Source: Rebecca billardiae RCC1528
Taxonomy: Eukaryota > Protista > Haptophyta
Direction of reading: 5' to 3'
DNA length: 64,000 nucleotides
Assembly (NCBI GenBank): GCA_965240325.2
Contig: OZ251229.1
Span: 124,001-188,000, forward strand
Numbering within the stretch: the stretch's first letter is position 1; each line of letters begins with the position of its first letter. This document shows positions 55,007 to 64,000 of this stretch, in pieces. A program made the translations under genes and the position numbers. A model generated the notes under the pieces. That model made no database searches. It was not told where the DNA came from and saw only the letters and a list, made by a program, of their open reading frames with translations.

Positions 55007-55768
55007 TCAGTCGGCGGCCCGCTTGGGCGCGCGGCGCGCGCGCTTCGCCTGCGAGCGGCACCACTTGGCGAACCAGTGGACGTGCAGCCCGAGCACGGCG
55101 GCCATGAAGGGCCACACGCGCAGCGCCGGCGCCGGGATCGCGTAGTAGAAGCGCAGCATGTACGCGTGGTACCCCAGCCGCAGCAGCAGGAAGCTGCCCC
55201 CGAACAGCCAGTCGGAGCGCAGCGGCGGCCACAGGTGGCCGACGGCGAGCACGACGGTGGTGAGCTCGAGCGGGAAGGCGACGGCGAGCCCGACGGTGAG
55301 CTCCCACCGCAGGCAGCACCCGTAGAACACCAGGTACGCCGCGTGGTGGACCCAGCCCGCCACCAGCTCGAACTGCTGCGGGTACTCGGCCGCGCCGTAC
55401 AGCGTGTCGGCCACGAGGAAGGAGACGAAGAGGACGGCAGCGCGGACGGAGGAGGGGTCGACGGAGAAGTGGGCGGAGGGGTCCCACAGGCTCCCGTCCA
55501 GCGCCATGCGCGCCGCGCGCCACACGCCGTACGGCCCGAGCGGCGCGGCGACCGCGAGCGTGAGCACCCACGCGCGCGCGCGCGCTCTCGCAAAGAAGGG
55601 CGCGCGCCTGCTCGCGTGGAAGGCGAGGCCGAGGTACGCGGCGGAGGCCGCGCAGGCGAGGCCGGTGCTCGCGTCCAGCGCGCCGAAGAGCGCGAGCCAC
55701 GCCGCCGAGGCCACCGCGCTCGCGCCGGCGAGCAAGGCATCGCGCGCAATCGTCGACGAGTCCGCCAT
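55007..55768 (-). CDS. TLC (TRAM/LAG1/CLN8) domain membrane protein
   Basis: FLVAD, VHH, ELTT, FLLLR, LHVHWF within TM helices. Confidence 0.8.
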   Translation of the reverse strand: MADSSTIARDALLAGASAVASAAWLALFGALDASTGLACAASAAYLGLAFHASRRAPFFARARARAWVLTLAVAAPLGPYGVWRAARMALDGSLWDPSAHFSVDPSSVRAAVLFVSFLVADTLYGAAEYPQQFELVAGWVHHAAYLVFYGCCLRWELTVGLAVAFPLELTTVVLAVGHLWPPLRSDWLFGGSFLLLRLGYHAYMLRFYYAIPAPALRVWPFMAAVLGLHVHWFAKWCRSQAKRARRAPKRAAD

Positions 55769-55914
55769 CCTGGATCGTTCCGGCGCTGGAGCTACCAGGT
55801 ACCGCCGAGTTGCGCGGCGAGCGCGCCGGACTCCGTGAGTGAGCTCTGCAGCCCGAGTCCTGCGGGAAACGCGCGCGCTCGGGGCGTTTGAGCGCCCAGG
55901 CGGCGGCGGGCGCG

Positions 55915-57663
55915 ATGGCGGTGAGCGTCGACGTGAATCGGCTCAGCCTGAGCAGCGAGCACCGCCTGTCTTTCGGTGGCGTGGGCGGCCCGTTCGTCCC
56001 GCCCCCGCCCCCGCCCACCCACCTCGAGCGCCTCCTCGCCCGGCTGCGCGAGCGCGCGCCGCAGCCGCCGTTCTGGCTCAAGCGGCTGGCGCCCGTGGTC
56101 GGCCAGATGGCGTTCGAGCTCTTCGACGTGGCGACGGACGTGAACACGTACGTGAACGTGGTCGAGCCGACCGACCGTCTCACCCGCCAGTTCAAGCGCG
56201 GCTACCTCGCCTCCGTCTGCGTCGCCTTCCTCGCGTCGCTGCTCGCGCTCGCGTGGTACGCGCGCTCGCTCTCGATCGGGCTGCGCGACTACCGGCACAA
56301 CGTGCTCGTGCGCGCGACGCGCGACGTGGTCGAGGACGCGGTGAACGTGGTGGAGGTCAAGTCGCGGCTGCAGGTCGCCATGCTCCTCGTCGTCTTCGAG
56401 GACCTGCCCAGCGTCATCCTCAACGGGTGCGCGCGCGCGCGCGCGCGGCGCGAGGCGGCGCGGCGCGCGCGAGGCGGCGCGCCTCGCGCGCGCGCGCACG
56501 CCGACACCGCCTCGCCTGCCCTACCCCCCCCCCCCTCGCTGCGCGGCAGCATCGTGCTCAACGGGTACGGCGGCACGTCGCAGTGCACGTGCCACCCGTG
56601 GCCCGTCCTCGTCTCCTTCGTCTTCTCGTGGCTCTCTGTCGGGTACAAGCTGGCCGCGTACCACACCTTCTGGGCGTTTGGCAAGGTGCTGGCGGAGTGG
56701 GAGCAGAAGCGCGGCGTGATCGACGTGCTCGAGGCGGTGTTCGAGCGGTACGAGGACGCGCAGACGGGCGAGGTGGCGCTGCGCGCGCGCGAGCCCGCGG
56801 CCAACGCGGCCGCCGACGGCGCCAGCTCGCCCGGCCTCTCGCGGATGATGGCGAGACATCGGCGCCGCACGCGCGCGCCGGGCGCGGCCGACGCGGCCGA
56901 CGGCGGCGCGCCGGGCGCAGAGGGCGCGGGGGCGACGGCGCGGTGGCACGAGCTGGTGACCGACTCGGTGCTGAACGTGGGCGCGCTCGCCAACCCGTCC
57001 CTCGTCTCCCTCGACGTCGAGAGCCTGCGCTCCATCGGCGACGCCTCGTGGACGACGCTGCGGCACCAGTGCACGCGGCTGCGCGTGCTGCGCGCGGCCG
57101 CGTTCTGGATAGTGGCCGACGGTCACGGGGTGGGCGCGCCGCTCACCGTGCTGCAGCCGGAGGGCGTGACGGACGCGGTGGTGCTCCTCGCGGGCGCCAT
57201 GTGCCCCAGGCTGGTGCGCGCCGCCGCCGCCGCGCCGCGCGCGCGCACCCCGCACCTCTCCCGCGCGCGCTCACACGCCGCGCGCCCACACCGCGCCGCG
57301 CGCGACCGCGCCGCCGCGCGCGCCTGCGCGCGTGCGCGCGCGCGCGCGCGCGCCGCAGGAGCTGCTCGACCTCTCGCACTGCAGGCTGACGGACGAGGCG
57401 GTGTGCGCGCTCGCCGAGCTGCCCGAGCTGCGCGAGCTCGACCTCGCCTTCGTCGAGGGCCTGGGCGCGCGCTCGGTGCGCGCCCTGTGCGGCGGCGCGC
57501 CCAAGCTCGAGGCCCTGTCCCTGCGCTGCTGCGGGCTGGACGAGCGCAAGGCCAAGGAGCTGCTCGGCACGCGCGGCGCGGCGCTGCGCGTCGAGATGCC
57601 GTCCGAGTGGCTGCTCAGCGCGCTCGAGACGAGCGAGCTTGCGCACACGCCGCGGAGCGCGCG

Positions 57664-57710
<47 letters not shown>

Positions 57711-58714
57711 CGCTCTGCGTGCGCGTGCGCCGAGCGCGCGCGCCCGCGTCGCGCGCCGCGCCGCAGCTCGCGCCGCCGCCGCTCAACCTCGCCTCGCAGG
57801 TGAGCGACGCGCACGCGCACGGGCTGAGCATCCAGCTGGCGCACACCGAGGTGCTCGACCTGAGCTGGTGCGTGCAGCTCGGCCCGGCGGGCGCGCGCTC
57901 GATCGGCCGGCTGAGCGCGCTGCGCCGCCTCAGCCTGCGCGGCTGCACGCGCCTCACGCTCGGCGACGCGAGCGCGATCGCGCGCGGCTGCCGAGAGCTG
58001 ACTGAGCTCGACCTGGAGGGCACGTGGCAGCAGCCGTCGCCCTCGACCGACCAGGCGTCGCTGCGCGTGCTGCTGCAGTCGTGCCTCCGGCTGCGCGCGC
58101 TCGGCCTCAACCGCACGTGCCTGGACGACGAGAGCGCGCACATGCTACAGTTCCACGCGCGCACGCACGCGGCGCTGGTGCGCGTGCACGCGTACGGCTG
58201 CGCGCGGCTGAGCGACCGCGGGGTGGGCGCGTTCCGCCACTGCGAGATCGTCGCGCAGTACCGGCCGCTCAACGTGCTGCGCGAGGCCGACGCGCCGGAG
58301 GAGCCGGGCGCGCCCGCGGCGGACGAGCTCCGCCCGGGGCGCGGCGTGGCCGTCGCCCGGCGCGCGACCGCGCCTGACATGGCCTCGGCCTCGGCCTCGG
58401 CCAGGCTCGGCGCAGCCGCCGCCGCCTCGCACCGAGGCGTGCCCGGCGCGTCCGAGCCGCGTCTCCGTCGCACGCAGACGGCGGGCTCGTCGGCGTCGTC
58501 CGGCAGCCGGACCGGCGGCGGCTGCGCCGCGGCCACTGCAGGCTGCGCGGACGGCGCGGACGGCGGCGCCGAGCTGCTCGTCAGCGGGCGTCGGCGGCTG
58601 CGCTTGTCGGCTGCGAGCAGCAGCTGCGAGCGCGGCGGCAGCGGCGGGCTTGGCCATGGCAGCGGCTGCGACCGCGACGACTGCAGCAGCAGCAGCAGCA
58701 GCAGCATTCAGTAG
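55915..58714 (+). CDS. Membrane protein with C-terminal FBXL-type leucine-rich repeats (introns 56427-56549, 57214-57358)
   Basis: N-terminal TM helices (DVATD...FEDLPS); LDLSHC.LTD, LRELDLAF, LEALSLRCC, LDLSWC, LSLRGC..LT, LTELDLEG. Confidence 0.75.
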
Positions 58715-60053
58715 CAGCAGCGTCGCCGGCCGGCGCTGGCGCTTATAGTGCGCTTTACAGTAGGCACTGCTAGCACAATATTCAATAAGCTAACGTAACT
58801 GCTGCTGCTGTAGTAGTACACTCAAGGCCTACACTCAAATACCGTCTCAGTGGTAACAGTCGTCACTCGTGTCTCGTCAGGAAATTGATGATGACTACTG
58901 TATCCCCTTAGGCCTTCCTCACTGTCTGCTAATGCTTCCGTACACGAAGCAGATTTGGGTGGGCGGCGGCGTGGGAGCGCTGGGCGCGCAGGTAGACGGC
59001 GCGAGCGGGCGTGCGCACGCTTGGGGGCATCTTTGGGACCATACCCATCGATGACCCGAGCCTCGCTGCCACCGCCCTTCCCCTTCTCCCGTGCCACGGC
59101 GTCCAGACGGAGTGCCAAACGAGCGTTTGAACATGCCACGAAGCAGATTTGGAATGGTGCTCAAACTGCTGCGGAGGTGATCTTCAGGCTGCGACGTGAG
59201 GCTGGGAGGGGTATCATAACGTAATGGATGACGGTCGTCACCCGTGCGCCGGTCGGTAGGCTGCTACTCAGCGCCCGTAGGCTCGTACGCTGCACCTCGA
59301 GCTCAAGATCCCTCACCGTGGGCTCTCCGAGTGACACTGAGCACGAGGAGGGTGTACTTGCGAGGGGTACGCGCGTCGCGCCTGGGATCGACGCCAAGAC
59401 AAGCGAAGAAGCGATACCACCACTCCCGCCAAGCGCCTGCCTGACTTGCACTCGGTGTACACACCGCGTGCGGCGTGCCGCAAGGAAGGAGCGACCCGTG
59501 TCTCAGCGTGTCCCGCGCGACTGGCTGGTGGGCACTTTCAGCGTGATCGGTCATGCGAACGCGCGCAGAGTAATGCGCGCAGTATGTACACTGTCTACAA
59601 TCATCTTTGTCGGTCGCCCACGTGCTTGAAGCGGCTGCAAGGAGTGCAGCCGGGTGTCGCGGGCCCGTCGAGCGCCCAGCCAGCACGACGGCAGCTCGGC
59701 GCCGCCGCGCGTTGCCATCGTGGAGGCGGTAGTGAAGCTGGAGGTACTAGGCTGGCGGCTGTCTGAGGGTAGCTAGACCATGCCTGGACACTCTCAAACC
59801 GTGTTCAACGCCCAGGCGCGCGTGGGTGCGCCGCAAAGCGCGCGCAGCGGCCGCCGTCAAATCTGCTTCCTTACGACGCAGATTGAACTGCGGTAAGAAA
59901 GGGGATCGTCCGTAACGTCCGGGCGTAGATAGTACTGTAGCATGCATGCATTTTCCGGGGCGGCACGTGGAACGGCGGTTCCCTACAGTATACTTTCGCC
60001 GTCGCGACTCGCCTCTCGACGTCTCGGCATCCAACGACCTCACGTTGCCCGTC

Positions 60054-62193
60054 ATGCCTGAGGGCCGAGGCGCCCTCGTGCGCGCGCTCGTCGCCGAGTT
60101 TGCCGGCACCTTTCTCATCGTTCTCTTCGGATGCGGCTCTGTGTGCTCGTCGCTCTCTGGCGCGTACGCGGGCATCTGGCAGGTGCGGCGGCAGCGGCAC
60201 GGATGGCGCCTTGGCTGGGTGGTGGCGTCCGCATCCTTCTAGGCTGGCCCTCTCGAGCCCTGGGGCGTCATGGCCGATCCACGGCGCTCGGCCCTCTCCC
60301 CCTTCCCCTTCCATCCCATCCATACGGCCATACCTCCCCTCCGCCCCTCGCGCGCCCCGCATGCGCCGCAGGTGGCCGCGGTGTGGGGCTTGGGCGTGTC
60401 GCTCGCCATCTTGTCAACGGCGGACGCGTCGGGCGCCCACCTCAACCCGGCGGTGACGCTGGCGTTCCTGCTCGTCCGCCCGAGCGCGCACGGCATGACG
60501 CCAACCAAGGCCCTCCTGTACACCGTCGCGCAGCTCCTCGGCGGCGTCGCCGGCGGCGCGGTCAACCTCGCCGTGCACGGCACGACGATCGCGGCGTTTG
60601 AGCGCGCGCACGGCATCGTGCGAGGCTCGCCCGAGTCGGTGCTCTCGGCGGCGGCGTTCGGCGAGTACTTCCCCAACCCGAGCCTGCTCGAGCTCAGCGG
60701 CGGGCCGTACCGGGCCGAGGACGTCGACGCGTTCGGCGCGATGGGTGTGGAGGCGTGGGGGAGTGCGGTGCTCTGCTTCGTCATCTTTGGGCTCACGCAC
60801 TCGCGCAACAAGGCGCTCGGCTCGGGCGAGCGCGTGGGCGTGCCGCTGATGATCGGCGCGACCGTCGCCGTGCTCCTCGCGCTGTACGCGCCCATCACGC
60901 AGGCGGGCTGGAACCCCGCGCGCGACCTGGGCCCGCGCCTCGTCGCCGCGATGGCAGGGTGGGGCGCCGTCGCCATCCCAGGCCCCAACCACGGCTGCTG
61001 GGCGTACGTGGTCGGCCCGTGCGTTGGCGCGCCGGTCGGCGCGTTCCTCGCGGAGGTCGGGCTGTGGGGCACGTGGTACGAGCGTCTCGACGGCCCCAGC
61101 GAGAAGCCCGCCGCCCACGCGCGGCCCATGTCCGAGCTCGGCGTGGACGCGGACGCGCACACCGACGGCGTGCACGTCGAGCTCGCGGCGGGCGCTCGGA
61201 CGGCCGCCGCCGCCGATGACGGCAGTCCGCCGTCATCGCCCGCGGTGCTGCCCGCACCGCGCTCGCGGGCCGAGCCGCTCAAGCCCATCGTGCTCTTCAC
61301 CACCGACAAGCCCAACGGCAAGAAGGTGTCGATCGTGCTGGAGGAGCTCGGGCTGCCGTACCGCGTGCTCTCCATCTCGCTCGAGGCGGGCGAGCAGCAC
61401 TCGGCGGCGTTCGGCCGGTACAGCCCCAACCACAAGGTGCGGCACGTGCGGCCGCGCGCGGCTGGGTGGCGCTGCCTGCCCCCCGCCCGTGGCGCACGCG
61501 CGCCGCGCGCGCGTGCCGCGCGTGAGCCCTGCGCCCGCCTTGCTCCGCTCCGACACGCGCTGTGCGCGCGCCGCGTGCGCGCAGATCCCGGCGATCCTGG
61601 ACCCCAACCACACGGACGCGCGCACGGGCCAGCCGCTCTCGCTCTTCGAGTCGGGCGCCATCCTGCTCTACCTCGCAAAGCAGTACGGCGGCGGCGCGCT
61701 CACTGGCGGCCCGCGCCCAGCCGACCAGTACGCGTGTCTCGCGTGGCTCTTCTTCCAGGTGTCCGGACTCGGCCCGATCCCCGGACAGGTGCACCACTTT
61801 GTCGAGCGGGCGGGCATGGCCGACCTCCCGCCGAGCGCCGAGCCGCTGCCCGTGCCGACGGTCGAGACGACCGCCGCGTTTGCGTACGCGCTCGTGCGCT
61901 TCGACCGCGAGACGCGCCGGCTGTACTCGGTGCTCAACGGCCGGCTCGGCGAGACGGGCGCGTACGTCGCTGGCGAGCACTTCTCGGTGGCTGACATTGC
62001 GCTGTGGTGCTGGGTGTGGCGCGCATGGAAGCACAAGGTCGACCTAGCGGCGTTCCCCCACGTGCGCACTTGGTTCGAGCGCATGGGCCGACGGCCGGCC
62101 GTCAAGCGAGGCCTCCTCGTCCCCACGGAGGAGCAGAAACGACGCCCGCGCACCGAGCCGGCCCCCGAGCTGTCATACAGTAATCAGCCGTAG
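60054..62193 (+). CDS. Aquaglyceroporin-glutathione S-transferase fusion, about 600 aa (exons 60054-60182, 60372-61436, 61585-62193)
   Basis: AEFAGTF, SGAHLNPAVT, WNPARDLGPR, then with no stop KPNGKKVSIVLEELG, PNHK/IPAI, LFESGAILLYLA, FSVADIA, RPAVKRG. Confidence 0.85.
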
Positions 62194-64000
62194 GCGGGTC
62201 GTCGACGAGTCGTGAGTCCCGGAGTCGGACGAGAGTGGCGGGCCGCCGCGCGGCGAGAGTGGCGGCCGCCCGCGGAGTGAGTTAAGTAGACTACGGGCAG
62301 CGGAGTACTGAGTGAGCGGCCCTGTGGCTTATGGCCGCTGGGGCCTGGGGCTAGGCGGCGCGGCCTAGGGCGGTGGCCCGGCCCCGGGCCCGGCGGCCCG
62401 CCGGCCGGCCGCGTGAGGCGCCACTCACACTGGCACTGGCCTGACAGTACTACGTCGTCGATCATCACGCTATACTGTATGCGCTGAAATAAGTGAGACT
62501 GACAGCTATGATATATGCCATATCGATGATCGACTGCGCGGGCCCCAGCCGCCAGCGAGTCACAACTGTCACAAGGTCGAGTGGCGTAGTGCGTTCCGGA
62601 GACTGGAGTGAGCTGTGAGGCGCGGGATCGAGTCCAGACTCCAGAGTTAGTAGTTACTCGAGAGTCGAGTGAGTTAAGACCGAGTAGTCTGAGATTGAGT
62701 CATTCGCGGACTGACCGCCGACCCGGCGACTGATGGCGATGACTGACGATGAATCGTAGTAGTAGGACTTCACTGTAGCCAGTGATGGCCCGCGGTGCAG
62801 GGCGGAGCGCGCAGCGTGGAGCCCGCTCCGTGGGCCCTAACCACGTTTCAAAAAGATCTTTGATCAAGAAAAAAGGGACGGGGGACGATTTTCATGGCTG
62901 GAGGAGACCGAGTTTCGAATTTTGAGACCCTCTCTAACACGCATCACGGCCGAAAAAGGTCGCGCCCACGACAAGTTCATAGTAAAGCGTGGAGTGACGC
63001 CCGTCCAAAAAACGTCACGCCCTTTAGGATCCCTAACGTAACGAACCGTTACAAGCGATTTTTCCCGGCCAATGAGATTGCAGCAAGGTCCAAGGAGCGA
63101 TGACGTATCTAGATAGAGATTGCCGCGAACCGATGTGACCATGTACGTCCCTTGAATCAGTTGAATCAACTATTCAATCGCGCCGCGTGTCTGTATCACG
63201 GGAGCCAACAGGGCAAGGGTCAGTAGCCGATGCGCCAACTTCGGCGTATCTCAATACGATCTGACACGAGTCTGGACCGGACGGCTGCCCAGCAAAGCCA
63301 AACCTTGGTTGCTGCGCACTCTCCGCGAGAGCCGCCGGGGCGAGCCGCACGAGCGACCGACGGGTGAGGTGACGGCGATGGGCAGGTGCGCGCGGCGAGT
63401 TGCGCCTGGAGCGCGCGGCTGTGGCGGGTCCCGACTGCCGTCGACATCGCGTTCGTGCCCCCGCTCACTCCGCGCGCCCCCGCCGCCCCGTGTCGATGCC
63501 TGCGCGCGGCCGCGCGCGTCGCCCGGGGCGCCCCGGCCGCGCCGCGGCAGCCGCCCTGTTACCTGTATTCGGGCTCTCGCAAGCTCAGGGGCAGCGGCGC
63601 CTGATGCCGGACTGATCGATCTCTGAGTCTTCGACTTCACCACGCGCCGCCCTTGCCATGCCTTTCCGGGGAGCGCCGACGATCCGAGTCCATCGTCGAC
63701 GGTCGACTCTGAGCGAGGGCTACGCCTCGGAACTGAACGGTACTCTACGAGGAGGACGAGCTGCGCGGGCGACGGTGGTGCGTGCCGTCCCCAGAGCTGG
63801 CTGTGCCTCTGCAACGCGTGCCGAGCCTGATCGAGGTGTGTCAGCCCGTGCACGCGCGGCGTGCGCGAACGATCCGTGCCTGCGGTGCCCTCGAACCTCG
63901 GCACTGCGTGCTCCCTCGGGCTGTCAGCTCCGCGTGGCCTGGCGTGCACGTAGAGTTGCGCTCATGCGTCGATCACGCCTCGCGCCCGCCTGTCGGCCGT

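Noticed and set aside
41392-58714. Prokaryotic CBASS/Thoeris operon
   Set aside because: Spliceosomal introns, mixed orientations, no cyclase or ThsA; kept only as a functional analogy.
58800-59950. Short ORFs in lower-GC intergenic DNA (also 62800-64000)
   Set aside because: No motifs or host codon bias; possibly element remnants, but unsupported here.

Overview
Very GC-rich eukaryotic nuclear DNA with short, almost pure-GC spliceosomal introns (GT-AG plus some GC-AG). The domain content suggests a flagellated haptophyte-like alga; this is inference. The window holds (i) three near-identical paralogues of a multi-pass membrane protein with a C-terminal TIR/HET-like domain (0.5-10 kb); (ii) an intact, very recent Ty1/copia LTR retrotransposon (327-bp LTRs, CTCGG target-site duplication); (iii) a truncated non-LTR-like element with RNase H tail, zinc knuckle and OTU-like domain, followed by a 25-bp tandem array; (iv) housekeeping genes (CDK, AIG1-like, CCP1, mL49, SEC14, RNase M5-like, DnaJ-SH3, MFS, cNMP-patatin, TLC, TM-LRR); and (v) two striking fusions. 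The first fusion, resolved across four introns, is a nucleoside hydrolase (XopQ/HopQ1-like) + TM + TIR protein. The second is an aquaglyceroporin-GST. The best candidate for an undescribed system is the membrane-anchored TIR receptor family, including the member carrying its own nucleotide-hydrolase-like domain. All calls come from motif reading by eye; no searches were run.
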